From the IMG/VR virus record IMGVR_UViG_3300037483_001817: a DNA stretch of 64,000 nucleotides; one strand, 5' to 3'. This document shows positions 10,253 to 19,781 of this stretch, piece after piece (position 1 is the stretch's first letter; every line of letters starts with the position of its first letter). The translations under genes were made by a program, and so were the position numbers. Source of the stretch: an uncultured virus (IMG/VR IMGVR_UViG_3300037483_001817). Its lineage: Duplodnaviria > Heunggongvirae > Uroviricota > Caudoviricetes. Under the pieces are notes generated by a model. It was not told where the DNA came from, searched no databases, and saw nothing but the letters and a program-made list of their open reading frames with translations.

Positions 10253-10717
10253 CTACTGCGCCTCCTGCGCGCGGGCGTTGAGGATCTCGGCGCAGCGGGC
10301 GCGGGCCTCGGCGACGGTCATGTAGTTGCGCAGCCCGTTGATCCAACCGCCGCCCTGGAGGTTGGCGCCGATCGGTAGAGTGACTCCGAGCGCAAGGTCA
10401 GCGATGTCGCGGGCGATGTAGTCGTCGTGCTTGACGCTGTCTGCGCGGACCTGGCGGATCTGCTCGTCGGTGATCGTGTCGGCGGTGATCATTTGGCTGC
10501 TCTTCGCGCGGGCGTTGAGGATCGCGGCGATGCGCGCGCGGGCTGCCTTACGCTGCTTCGTCGTCGGATACGTTCGTTCCAGTCTGCGCCCGACGAGCGT
10601 CAGCATCTCGCGCCGAGCGCCGAGCGCCAGCGTGCAGTCCTTGTGCTGCGCAGCGGTGAGCGCACCACGCGCGTGTTCACGGATCTGCTCGTCGGTGATG
10701 TTGTCGGCGGTGATCAC
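10253..10717 (-). CDS. TITD/ARARCAE family protein, two tandem units
   Basis: ITAD.ITDEQIR..ALG..ARAR.A.ILNAR occurs twice. Confidence 0.8.
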   Translation of the reverse strand: MITADNITDEQIREHARGALTAAQHKDCTLALGARREMLTLVGRRLERTYPTTKQRKAARARIAAILNARAKSSQMITADTITDEQIRQVRADSVKHDDYIARDIADLALGVTLPIGANLQGGGWINGLRNYMTVAEARARCAEILNARAQEAQ

Positions 10718-10968
10718 TTCGCACCGCCGTTCGCGCGGGCGAGCATTCGAACGCCGCGCTGGGTGATGACGTAGAGCCGCACGTCCTTGAAGTGATCGTC
10801 GACGTGAACGCCCCAGCCGTTATCCCTGAGCAGACCGCGACGCACGAGTTTCGCGAAGTGCCGATGCGGCGTACTGCCGCGCGGGGTGATGCCATCTTCG
10901 CCGCGAGAAGGCGCGCCGAGCGCGAAGCGAAGCACGCGCAGGTCTGCCCCAGTCAGCGGCGTGCTCAC
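10714..10968 (-). CDS. small winged-helix-like protein
   Basis: FAKLVRRGLL..YVITQRG pattern; GTGA coupling. Confidence 0.55.
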   Translation of the reverse strand: MSTPLTGADLRVLRFALGAPSRGEDGITPRGSTPHRHFAKLVRRGLLRDNGWGVHVDDHFKDVRLYVITQRGVRMLARANGGAK

Positions 10969-11285
10969 TTGCCACCGCCGTTCGCGCGGAGCGTGTTGCC
11001 CATCGGAGAAAGTCCTGAGCCGCCACAGCTGCTGCACGGCTGCCAGCCATGTCCCCAGCCGACGAAGATGCAGCCCGTCGGGTGATTCCCGCCGAGGTAC
11101 TGCAACGTGCAGCTCGTACACGCGAGCGCGATCCACAGCTTCGCGAGTTCGTGACGTGCCTGGTTACGCTGCGGCTCGGTGGTGCCGAGCGCGCTGTCGA
11201 GCAGGTCTTGCTGGAACGGCATCAGGGCAACAACTGCCTCACACTGTGCGTCGGTGATCGTGGTGGCGGTCGGCTTCACGAGCAC
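10965..11285 (-). CDS. divergent TITD family protein with Cys-rich C-terminus
   Basis: TATTITDAQC..SALG..ARHELAKLW; CTSC and CSSC. Confidence 0.6.
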   Translation of the reverse strand: MLVKPTATTITDAQCEAVVALMPFQQDLLDSALGTTEPQRNQARHELAKLWIALACTSCTLQYLGGNHPTGCIFVGWGHGWQPCSSCGGSGLSPMGNTLRANGGGK

Positions 11286-11665
11286 ACCTCACATCCCGGG
11301 CTTCCGCAGCAATAGCCGCAGATGTCATTCGTTGACTCGCGAGAGTTCCCGCACCGCAGGCAGTTATTCTCTGGCGCATAGGGCTGAGTTCCTCCGAGCG
11401 ACCAGTCCGGCAGACCCGGCAGGCGCTGGTCCTTTTTCTCGTCGGATACGAGCCAAGCCAGCAGTGAGTGGAGCACGGGCCACCGGGCCATGGCACGCGC
11501 GTCGCTGGCGACGAGGAGCTGAAACTGCTCCCGTGTGAACTGCTCGGTCTTCACCTCAAGCGCGAGCGCACGCGCGAACAGCTGCTCGGAATACGCTGGC
11601 CGCTGGAACCCTGACAACGGAAAGCAGGCTTGCTCGAAGGCGAGTACGAGGTCCGCGGCGGTCAT
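11276..11665 (-). CDS. hypothetical protein with Cys-rich C-terminus
   Basis: GGGGAG RBS. Confidence 0.55.
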   Translation of the reverse strand: MTAADLVLAFEQACFPLSGFQRPAYSEQLFARALALEVKTEQFTREQFQLLVASDARAMARWPVLHSLLAWLVSDEKKDQRLPGLPDWSLGGTQPYAPENNCLRCGNSRESTNDICGYCCGSPGCEVCS

Positions 11666-11721
11666 GACTCCCTCACGGCGTTAAGTTGCTTTTGCAGGTT
11701 CATGTCGTTAGGGTTCGTTTC

Positions 11722-12585
11722 TCAACGCTGCTTGTGTTGAGCGGATTGAAACAGTGCCTGGCGGATCTTCTTGATCGTGCCCCAGAGGTCATCCTTGGTG
11801 GCGCTGTCGTCGAGCTTGTCGAGGATCCCGATCGCCTTCTTGATCCGAGTCGCCGGGGTCTCGATCGGCGCCTTGCCGTTGGCCTCGCGAACCGTGGCCT
11901 TCACGTCGCGGGTCGTGGGCTTGCCGCCGCTGGCCGCCGCGGTAGCGAGGATCGCCGTGAGCTTCTCGGCCTGATCTGCCTCCGACAGCGACGCCAGCTC
12001 GATCGCCGCCGTCTGCTTCAGCTCGCCCGCCATGACGGCCTTCTTCACCGCCGGCCCGACGTCGAGCAGCTTGAGGATGGACCTGAACTGCACGAGACCC
12101 AACCCCATGATGGTCGCGGCCTGGTCCTCGGGGAACTGCTGCGACAGCTCGTACGCCTGCTGTGCACGCACGAACGGGCTCTGCTCGCGACGGTGGGAGT
12201 TCTCGCCGTACTTGAGCACCAGCATCTTCCGCGCGTCGCCCTTGACGATGCGCACGGGCAGAAACCACGGCGCCAGCCCGTCGGCGATGCGGCGCTTGTT
12301 CGCCTCGCGAAGCTGCCGCGTACGCCCGCGACCCGCCACGATCACGATCTTGTCGCCGTCGCGGCGCGCGAGCACGTTCTGAATGACGCCGTTCTCGTAG
12401 GTGAACTTGACGTCGGCTTCGAGCACCGGATTCTTGTTGCTCTCCTCGTCGTACCCCCAGTGGGAAGGGCCGTCGTCGGTATCGAGGCCGATGATGACGG
12501 CCTCGTTCGGATCGTACATCTTCACTTCTTGGCGGGGAGCGCTGTCGGCACGCTTGCTGTCGGCGCGCTTGTTCGTGGTCTTCAT
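11722..12585 (-). CDS. ParB/Srx-domain protein
   Basis: GVIQNV..IVAGRGR..ENSHR followed by a helical HTH-like region; AAAGG RBS before the ATG at 12585. Confidence 0.7.
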   Translation of the reverse strand: MKTTNKRADSKRADSAPRQEVKMYDPNEAVIIGLDTDDGPSHWGYDEESNKNPVLEADVKFTYENGVIQNVLARRDGDKIVIVAGRGRTRQLREANKRRIADGLAPWFLPVRIVKGDARKMLVLKYGENSHRREQSPFVRAQQAYELSQQFPEDQAATIMGLGLVQFRSILKLLDVGPAVKKAVMAGELKQTAAIELASLSEADQAEKLTAILATAAASGGKPTTRDVKATVREANGKAPIETPATRIKKAIGILDKLDDSATKDDLWGTIKKIRQALFQSAQHKQR

Positions 12586-12685
12586 GGTGCCTTTCACGAT
12601 GCTTCGGTGAGTAGAGGGGATGACGCTCCATAGAGCAGTTCGCGTGCCGATGGCGCGTGCTTGCAAGTCATCGAACGAACACGCT

Positions 12686-12754
12686 GGGTAGCGCGTTACC
12701 CAAGGGCCTCGGCACCACAGCCGCGTCGCTCGAGACACGGGTAGTTGGGTACCC
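12686..12754. promoter_or_regulatory. paired GGGTR-N6-YACCC dyads (12686-12701, 12739-12754)
   Basis: Same dyad recurs at 6 loci; lies upstream of the ParB-like gene. Confidence 0.65.
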
Positions 12755-13027
12755 AGGATTTAGGCTCGGCAGGTTCTCCCAACTCCCATCTGGGTCCCTT
12801 CGGTCGATACGCGTCGGCCAGGTGGCGGGCGGCGTGGCCGCTCCATATCTTCGCGATGGTGACGAGGAAGGGCTTGTCCGCGCCGTACAGCTCACACAGC
12901 ATGAGGTGATGCTCGATCAGTGTCGGAACGTGCCTCGGCTCCGGCGTAGCTGGCAGCCGGCCGTTACGCAAGCCTTCGTCGATGAGTGCGTGCCGCGCGA
13001 TCATCCTCCAGTCGAGAACGTGTTTGC

Positions 13028-13543
13028 TCATGGCTTGTAGCCGTCACCGAGCCAGCCGAAGAGCGCCTTGGACAGTTCCTGTTGCAGAAAATGCTGTTGC
13101 AGGAGATCTTGCAGAAGATCTTTCTGTTGTTCGGAGAGCGGACGTGCGATCCGCTCGGCCTGCTGCGGCGTCAACGAAGCGAGGAACTGCTCGACAAATC
13201 CGGGCGTCGCCGCTGGGCATTTTGCGTCGATTGCCTGGAGCAGGGTCTCCACAGCGTCTCGCCAGCGGATCCAGCGGTCACGTTCGACCCGGCCCGATGA
13301 TGTGTACGGCGACCGATCACACACCAAGACCATTGCCAAAACATTCGACACCCACTCCGCAAGCGCCTTGCGGTGCAATCCAGCTAGCGCCGAACCCTCA
13401 GCGAGGGCGACGAGTCCTGCTTCGATCGCGCGAGCGACCTCCCCGAAGTGAAGGTCAAAATTACCACTTCCGAGCCGAAGTCGGTCGTGCAACTCGTCAA
13501 GAGCGCGTCGCGTCTCCGTGTTCAACTGGTCTTCATTCGTCAT
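13028..13543 (-). CDS. hypothetical protein (may extend upstream to ~13831)
   Basis: GGAG RBS before MTNEDQ inside the long open frame 13028-14080. Confidence 0.5.
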   Translation of the reverse strand: MTNEDQLNTETRRALDELHDRLRLGSGNFDLHFGEVARAIEAGLVALAEGSALAGLHRKALAEWVSNVLAMVLVCDRSPYTSSGRVERDRWIRWRDAVETLLQAIDAKCPAATPGFVEQFLASLTPQQAERIARPLSEQQKDLLQDLLQQHFLQQELSKALFGWLGDGYKP

Positions 13544-13827
13544 TTTGGGTTCTCCTTCCTCCAGGGGATTGAGTGGACGATGGGGACAGCGCTCGTTGCA
13601 GACTTCGCACGTGTTTTCGACAAGCTCCTCCAGCGTTTCGACCCTGAGTGCATCTGCACCGATCGGCTCGGCGAGCATGATGTCGGTAGCCTCGACGAGG
13701 GCGGTGTAGCTCTCGTTCCACGTGACGCTCGCTTGATAGATCTCAGCCTCGGACATCTGGCCCGGTGTTGGGGCTTCGGGCAAATCTCGCCAACACCGGA
13801 GCAGATCCCGAAGGTCTTTCTCGACGC

Positions 13828-14247
13828 TCACGGGCGTTTCGCTCCTTCGTCGAGGATGTCGCGGACGTTGTTGTAGACGCTGCGGACGCCTTCGAGCGAC
13901 AGGTGCTCCAGCTCGCGGCGATCGTCGTCCTGGCCTGACGTGTCGTAGCGAGCGGGCGGGTAGTGGCGAACCCGCAGGGCGATGATCTTGTCGATGACCT
14001 CGGACTTCTCGGCAGCGAGAAGTTGCGTCTGCGTGTTGGCCAAGCGCTGCGTGCGTGCGTTGAACAGGACGGCGCAGCACGCACGTGCCTCTTGGCGATC
14101 CTCCGCGCTCCAGCCGGGCCGCGTGGCCACGGTCAGCTCGATCGCGGCGATTTCGTCCGCGTAGAACAGCGCAAGGATCTGCTCGTCCGTGATCGTGTCG
14201 GCCGTGACAAGCTTCGTATCGTCGCGTGAGGCAATGTTCTTGCTCAC
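13828..14247 (-). CDS. TITD/ARARCAE family protein with C-terminal extension
   Basis: TADTITDEQI..ARACCAVLFNAR. Confidence 0.7.
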   Translation of the reverse strand: MSKNIASRDDTKLVTADTITDEQILALFYADEIAAIELTVATRPGWSAEDRQEARACCAVLFNARTQRLANTQTQLLAAEKSEVIDKIIALRVRHYPPARYDTSGQDDDRRELEHLSLEGVRSVYNNVRDILDEGAKRP

Positions 14248-14389
14248 GAGCGGGCTCCGTAGGAGCCGCGGCGAACGCCGCCTTTCCAGAGTCGACGCAG
14301 TGGACGGCGCACCGAGTGCACGACCTGGCGGTACGTCACGCCGACCACGACGCGGAGAAACTGGCGGAAGGTGATGGGATTTTTCGGGG

Positions 14390-14704
14390 TCACGCGTCCC
14401 TCGAGAAACGGGAGCTGGCGCATGTCGAGAGCTCCTTGAAGGTTCGACGAAAGGCGTCTGTCAGCCGAAAGCATCCCAGCGACGAAGCCCCTTCGACGAG
14501 ATAGCCGCTCTTTTCGAGACGTCGCGCGGCGACCATGTCTGGCCAACCGACATAGTGGAAGCGGAACGGATCCTCCCGTTCCTGAACGATCAGTCTGTCG
14601 ACCAATGCATGTTCGGCGCGGGCGTGATCGAACTGAACGTCCTTGCGTCGCTTGGCATCGACAGTGACGCCGTATTTTCCAGGCTTGTTCTTTCGTGCCG
14701 GCAT
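14390..14704 (-). CDS. hypothetical protein, possibly winged-helix
   Basis: ARRLEKSGYL..FRLT. Confidence 0.45.
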   Translation of the reverse strand: MPARKNKPGKYGVTVDAKRRKDVQFDHARAEHALVDRLIVQEREDPFRFHYVGWPDMVAARRLEKSGYLVEGASSLGCFRLTDAFRRTFKELSTCASSRFSRDA

Positions 14705-14707
14705 GCT

Positions 14708-14980
14708 TCACGTTGTCCTCATGTTGAGGATCACGGCACAGCGGGCGCGGGCTTCAATTCGCCTTGTCGCATGGCACTGCGGATTGAGGGCGCTCTTACA
14801 CACCTCGATAATCTCTCGCAGCGAGCGCACGGCCTCGTCGTGCGCTCGCGAGTTGTTGGATAGGTGCTTGTTGTCCTTCCACCAGCGGTTCTCGTAGACG
14901 AGGTCTATCTCCGCGCGATCCAACTGCGCGCGGAGCTGCTCGTCGGTGATCGTGTCTCCAGTGACCTTCGTGTTCAGCAT
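14708..14980 (-). CDS. TITD/ARARCAE family micro-protein
   Basis: GDTITDEQLR..CKSAL..ARARCAVILN. Confidence 0.75.
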   Translation of the reverse strand: MLNTKVTGDTITDEQLRAQLDRAEIDLVYENRWWKDNKHLSNNSRAHDEAVRSLREIIEVCKSALNPQCHATRRIEARARCAVILNMRTT

Positions 14981-15050
14981 CAGCCTTCACCTTCCTCGTC
15001 GACGGGCTCGGCGCACGCTGTACAGCACGTGCCGTTACACGTGACCGTGG

Positions 15051-15690
15051 TCATTTGGTGTCACCCGGAGCGCGCGGGGGATCCGGCCGTGTCAACACCG
15101 ATCGCAGCATCTGCGCGGCGTGGGGAATGCTTCGCGTTGCGCACCCGGCGATCAGCGCTCGAATCGTCTGGGGCTGAGAACGATCAAGCTCGGCGCGCTC
15201 GGCTTCGGTGAGCAGCGTCCGCGACGCGAGGTAGTGCGCCATGTGGCGCGGATCGGCGCTAGGCGTGTGCACCACGGCGATCGGCTGGCGCTGGTCGGCG
15301 CGGATCACAGGGATGCGCTGAAGAAGCGAGCTGGCCTTGTAGTGGTGCGCTACCGGCTCGAACGCGAAGCGGCGGGCTGCGGCCTCCGCCATAGAGTCCA
15401 GCCTGTCCTTCGTTGTCGAGTCGATGATGAAGATCTTTCGCCGCCTACCGCGCAGGCCGACAGGAAACGGGACCGCGCTCGGTTTCGGAGCAACGCCGTG
15501 TCCGAGGCTTTTCGTGGCAGGAATGCCACGTCGAAGGTTCTCTGCGAATTCGGCTCCGCACGAAGCGCACACGGAACAACCACGCTGGTGCGGTCCGTAG
15601 GTCAAGGGCAGCCATTCGATACGTTCGTGGGAGCACGCTGCGTGGGCGTTGATAATCTCGGCGCAACGGGCACGAGCCGAGTCGATGATC
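15051..15690 (-). pseudogene. 3' half of a TITD/ARARCAE gene cut by the inversion
   Basis: Begins IIDSARARCAEIINA with no TITD N-terminus; joins 16373-16492 in frame on re-inversion. Confidence 0.7.
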
Positions 15691-16116
15691 AACAAACGCT
15701 TGCGCGCGCTCTACGCCAAGTATCCAGGCATGTGGTGGGAGCTAGAGCCGGACGCAAGGAGCGGCTATGTCTACTCCGGCAGCATCACGTCGATCCTCGG
15801 AGAACGCTCCCGTGATCGCGTGCTCGCCCGCCTGGTCGACGACAACACCGGCAGCGACATCAAGCGCGAGCTGGAAACCGTCAAGCTGGAGGTCTCGCGC
15901 ACGTTCACGGCACTGACCAAGGCTCGCGCGAAGTTCAACCGATGCAGCAGGCCCGAGAGCCGCGAGGCCGCGCGTATCGCCATGACCTCCGCCGAGGCCG
16001 CATATCGCGAGGTCTCCGATCAGAGAGATCGCCTCGTCGAGCTACGCAACGCCCAGCAGACACAGCGCGGCGGTCAGCCGACGATCTCGCATGACGGTCC
16101 GGTGGTGAAGCTGTGA
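15685..16116 (+). CDS. hypothetical protein inside the inversion (original 5' end at 16493-16542, minus strand)
   Basis: INKRLRALYAKY... fuses in frame to MVKRECGARVRRYPRRQ after re-inversion. Confidence 0.6.
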   Translation: MINKRLRALYAKYPGMWWELEPDARSGYVYSGSITSILGERSRDRVLARLVDDNTGSDIKRELETVKLEVSRTFTALTKARAKFNRCSRPESREAARIAMTSAEAAYREVSDQRDRLVELRNAQQTQRGGQPTISHDGPVVKL

Positions 16117-16492
16117 GCGCCACGTTCGACAAGATCGTGGCACTCGATCCGCAGGAACTGCACCGCTTCGCCGAACAGGCAGCGAAAGGCGGCTGGGGTG
16201 AAGCGTCGCACCTTGCACGCGCGTACCTGCGCCTCCACGCAGCCGCCCGTACCCTCGCGGAAGCAGTGCCTCATTGCCTGATGTGCAGGGACTGCGGTGA
16301 CGGTCCTTGCTGCAACGACTGCGGAATTGCTGTCGCCACGGAGGCGCTAGGCAAGCTGCTCGGAGGTCCAGCGTGACCCTGACGGGATACACGATCACGG
16401 ACGACCAGATCCGCGCGCTACGTGACAGCTGCGGACCAAGTAGTCCCTACCGTATTCACTGCGGCATCGCCCTGGGTGAAAACGTCCCGATC
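15687..16492. other. ~806 bp inverted segment bounded by GATC
   Basis: GATC at 15687-15690 and 16489-16492; reversal restores two ORFs in frame. Confidence 0.8.
16113..16376 (+). CDS. Cys-rich hypothetical protein
   Basis: GTGA coupling on both sides. Confidence 0.55.
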   Translation: MSATFDKIVALDPQELHRFAEQAAKGGWGEASHLARAYLRLHAAARTLAEAVPHCLMCRDCGDGPCCNDCGIAVATEALGKLLGGPA

Positions 16493-16495
16493 TGA
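16373..16495 (+). pseudogene. 5' half of a TITD/ARARCAE gene
   Basis: GGAGG RBS; YTITDDQIR..CGIALGENVPI then a stop exactly at the GATC junction. Confidence 0.7.
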
Positions 16496-16501
16496 CGCCG
16501 T

Positions 16502-16580
16502 GGGTAGCGGCGAACCCGGGCACCACATTCACGCTTCACCATTTTCCGGTCACGCTCGAGACACGGGTAGCCACGCACCC
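16502..16580. promoter_or_regulatory. paired GGGTR-N6-YACCC dyads (16502-16517 imperfect, 16565-16580)
   Basis: Recurrent motif with adjacent GTGTCT. Confidence 0.6.
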
Positions 16581-16680
16581 ACCCACGCGTGATCGCTTAC
16601 TTGACGCGCAACGCGAGACCTACGTCGTCTCGTCACAGGACGTGTCAGGTCGTGGAATGCAGGCTGCACTGAAGGAAAGC

Positions 16681-16989
16681 ATGAGCCTCTACAACGACCG
16701 CATCTCCGAAGTAGCTCGACGCTACGCGCTTGAGTGCAGCTGCGCGGGTAACGTGGTTCCCTGCTCCGACTGCTGGAAGATCGCCGAGGTGTCCGTCATT
16801 CGTTACGCCAAGGCCCTTCCACGCTACTCGGTGGCGTGCAGCTGCGCTGGCAGCTCTCCTTGCAGCAAATGTTGGGAAGCTGCCGAGGCCGACGTCGACG
16901 GCTACTACCGTGCCATCGAGGACGAGGAAGCGCGCATCGAGCGCCTGTATCGCGGCTACTCAGAAACCGGAAAGAAGCTGGAGTCCTGA
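16681..16989 (+). CDS. Cys-rich protein with duplicated CSCAG..PC..CW motif
   Basis: AAGGA RBS; internal repeat. Confidence 0.6.
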   Translation: MSLYNDRISEVARRYALECSCAGNVVPCSDCWKIAEVSVIRYAKALPRYSVACSCAGSSPCSKCWEAAEADVDGYYRAIEDEEARIERLYRGYSETGKKLES

Positions 16990-16991
16990 CC

Positions 16992-17405
16992 ATGACGAAA
17001 ACCATGAAGCGGCTCGCGATTCAGTCTTGCTCGGCCGTTGAAGGTCCTCTCTACGCCGTTCACTTCGAGGACTCGGTCGGCACCTGCTACGACTGGTCCT
17101 TCGAGGCACGTGGCGTGGACGGCAAGCGCTACGTGCTGCGCGATCATCGCGTCGAGGGAGCGATCCGCGGTGAGGAAGGTTTTCTGTGTCCGAACTACCA
17201 GGCCCGGGATCAGGCCGCACGCTTCACCCTGCGGGTGGAAGAGCGCGGCTCGATCGATCCGGCGCTGTGGGACGAAATGCCCGAACGTGACGCGCTGCGC
17301 GAGCTGATGGACTCGTGGGGCGTGGAAGAGGCGCAGCGCGAGAAGGACGACGCCCTGTTCTGGGAAGCGTCCGGGCGGTCGGCGTACTCGTCGTCGCGCA
17401 GATGA
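16992..17405 (+). CDS. hypothetical protein
   Basis: GGAG RBS before MTKTMK. Confidence 0.6.
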   Translation: MTKTMKRLAIQSCSAVEGPLYAVHFEDSVGTCYDWSFEARGVDGKRYVLRDHRVEGAIRGEEGFLCPNYQARDQAARFTLRVEERGSIDPALWDEMPERDALRELMDSWGVEEAQREKDDALFWEASGRSAYSSSRR

Positions 17406-17479
17406 TCTCGCCAGGGAGGAAGCGGTCGAGGTCCGACACAGACACCGAGATCTCGCCCTGGATGCGCTAGTGTTTGTGC

Positions 17480-17939
17480 ATGCGCACGTCAAGGATCACG
17501 TTCAGCACAAACGAGGGTCAGGAGATCGACTGCGAGATCAATGGCCCCAAGCTCGTCGTGCGCGGTCAGCGCACGCGGTTCATCTGCCGCACGAAGTGTC
17601 TCGCGTTCAGACCCAACCTCGTCACGATCGACGAGGCCGCCGTCGACTGGAAAGTCTACGACTTCAACATCTGCGGGCGATCGCAGTTCACCCGAACCGG
17701 CGATGACGAGCGCGACGCGATGCCGGGCGATATGTTCGCACCGGGAGCGAAGGATCGTGCCGCGCCTGGCAAACTCATCGGCAACTGGGGGGGCGCTGAA
17801 AGACGTCGCTCTGATGCCGGGGCCGATCACGATGGAGACAATTCAGACGGCAATGCCGTTCTGGATCGACGTTACGTACATAGGACAGCATCCAGATGCA
17901 GCGTTCCTATGCACGATCAAGGGGCTCGCCGCGTTCTGA
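17480..17939 (+). pseudogene. probable single gene frameshifted at a G7 tract (17787-17793)
   Basis: Removing one G joins ...LIGNWG to ALKDVALMPGPITMETIQTAM... Confidence 0.55.
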
Positions 17940-17980
17940 CGTGCGTGAGCTTGCGCCGGCAAACCCCTCACGACTCGCGG

Positions 17981-18310
17981 CTACGCTGCACGCATCTCGC
18001 GCAGGAGAAAACGACCGAGGTCCGAAACAAAGATCCAGGTCTCGCCCCGGACGCGCACGTGCTGCACGAGCGCGCTGCGCTGCTTCTTGATGCAGGTCAG
18101 GTCGCGCTTGCGCAATCCGGTGACCTCGCGAAGGCGCCGACCACAGGTCTCGGCGATCCACTCCAGCGTCTTGAACTGATCTGCCGTCAGCGGTGATCCG
18201 GGTAGCGCGACGATGCCGCGCAGGTAGGTCACGCGATCGAGCGTCGACTGCGACGGATGCTGCGCGTACTCCGCCTCGGCGCGGTTGAGCTTGTGCTGGA
18301 AGCCTTTCAC
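17981..18310 (-). CDS. hypothetical protein
   Basis: GTGA coupling. Confidence 0.5.
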   Translation of the reverse strand: MKGFQHKLNRAEAEYAQHPSQSTLDRVTYLRGIVALPGSPLTADQFKTLEWIAETCGRRLREVTGLRKRDLTCIKKQRSALVQHVRVRGETWIFVSDLGRFLLREMRAA

Positions 18311-18540
18311 GACGGAACCTCTGCGTCGCGCGCGTCATCTGACGTCCACCGCCGCGGGGCCTGGATCTTCTCGCCGGGGCGCACGACGCGCTGCTGGAGC
18401 GGGTAGCAGGCGAGCTGCAACCAATCCGCGGCGTGCTTGCGCCGGATGGAGCGTGTCGCGCTCGCGTCGTTCGCGAACGCGCCCACGAGCACCTCGACGC
18501 CTTCCGGCGTGACCAGCGTGTAGAGAAACTTGGTGGTCAT
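18307..18540 (-). CDS. hypothetical protein
   Basis: GGAG RBS. Confidence 0.55.
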   Translation of the reverse strand: MTTKFLYTLVTPEGVEVLVGAFANDASATRSIRRKHAADWLQLACYPLQQRVVRPGEKIQAPRRWTSDDARDAEVPS

Positions 18541-18724
18541 GATCAGCTCCGTGCAGGTAGGGCCTGCAACCCCTTCGCGGTGACTGTCCAGTACCCAGCG
18601 CGCCAGGTCTCGATGTAGCCTTGGCGTTGAAGCCAGTCGACGGCATCGAAGCTGTAGCCGGAGATGGAACCCCCGTCATGCGCGACGAGATGCCTGAGCA
18701 GCTTGATAGCCTCGTCGGTCACGA

Positions 18725-19108
18725 CTAGTCCTCCTTGGCGTAGTGGGCCGCGAGCTTGTCGATCTGCGACTCGAAGGCGAGCCATGCCGGGGCTTGGCCG
18801 TAGTTGTTCCAGATGCGATGCACGATCGCGGCATGCTCCTCCGAAAGCGGCGAATCGAGGTGGTCGACACCCTGTTCGAGCAGGATCGCCCGCGCGTGGC
18901 GCTGCATCTCGCGCAGCACGAGCGCCACCAGGTTGTGCACAGATCGCGGCTCGCGGAGTTTGTCGCGCGCTGCCTGGCGCTTGCTCCACGGCAGCGAGTA
19001 GATCTCGTCGTGGAAGATCAGCGCTACGGCGCGTGTCATCTGCGAGATGTCCTCGCCGTAGGTCATGTCGAGCGCGAGGCGTTCGAGCGTTTGATAGAGG
19101 GTCCGCAT
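18725..19108 (-). CDS. hypothetical protein
   Basis: Tightly packed in the minus-strand block. Confidence 0.55.
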   Translation of the reverse strand: MRTLYQTLERLALDMTYGEDISQMTRAVALIFHDEIYSLPWSKRQAARDKLREPRSVHNLVALVLREMQRHARAILLEQGVDHLDSPLSEEHAAIVHRIWNNYGQAPAWLAFESQIDKLAAHYAKED

Positions 19109-19110
19109 GG

Positions 19111-19368
19111 CTAGATGTACCCCAGCACCATCAGCTCGATGTCGAACCGCGTGCGCCAGCTGCCGTACCGCGTCTTAGGATCCTTCGCGAGCCGCTCCAT
19201 CTCGGCGACGGACGCGGCGCACGCGAGAACCGCCGCGCGGTGAGCCCGGGCCCACGCGGGAGAGAAGAAGTCGTCGATCGCATCACGAGCGGCGAGCGCA
19301 GCGAGCGCGTCGACACGCAGCAGGGTCAGGTTGAGGCGGTCGGGATCGATGTCGAGGTTGTTGGACAT
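19111..19368 (-). CDS. hypothetical protein
   Basis: AGGGA RBS. Confidence 0.55.
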   Translation of the reverse strand: MSNNLDIDPDRLNLTLLRVDALAALAARDAIDDFFSPAWARAHRAAVLACAASVAEMERLAKDPKTRYGSWRTRFDIELMVLGYI

Positions 19369-19378
19369 GGTGGTTTCC

Positions 19379-19771
19379 CTAACGGCGGCGGGCGTTCAGG
19401 AGCGCGAGCCCCTCCATCGGAGGGACTCCCTCGTAGCGCAACACGTCTGCGAGGTCGTCCTCGCCGAGGCGCTTCAGGAATGCCTCGGTGCTGAGCTGTC
19501 CGCCGCGCCAGCGGCGGAACGCAGCGATCACGGGCAGCTTCGTGCTGTAGTCGTCCTGGAAGAAGGCAGCCAGCCTGAACACCAGTTCCAACGCGGCCTC
19601 GGCCTTCGCGAGACGCTGATTCACGGCCTCGGCCTTCGCGAGACGCTGATTCAGGTCGTCTATGATCTCATCGGTCCTTGCTTCCAGCGCGGCCTCGGCC
19701 TTCGCGAGGCGCTGCTCCAGGTCGGCTTTGATCGCAGCGGGGTCTGGGTTGATCTTGGTGTCGGTGGTCAT
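19379..19771 (-). CDS. coiled-coil protein with QRLAKAEA repeats
   Basis: GAGGAG RBS; three copies of GGCCTCGGCCTTCGCGAG within 19596-19715. Confidence 0.6.
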   Translation of the reverse strand: MTTDTKINPDPAAIKADLEQRLAKAEAALEARTDEIIDDLNQRLAKAEAVNQRLAKAEAALELVFRLAAFFQDDYSTKLPVIAAFRRWRGGQLSTEAFLKRLGEDDLADVLRYEGVPPMEGLALLNARRR

Positions 19772-19781
19772 GATCTTCTCC

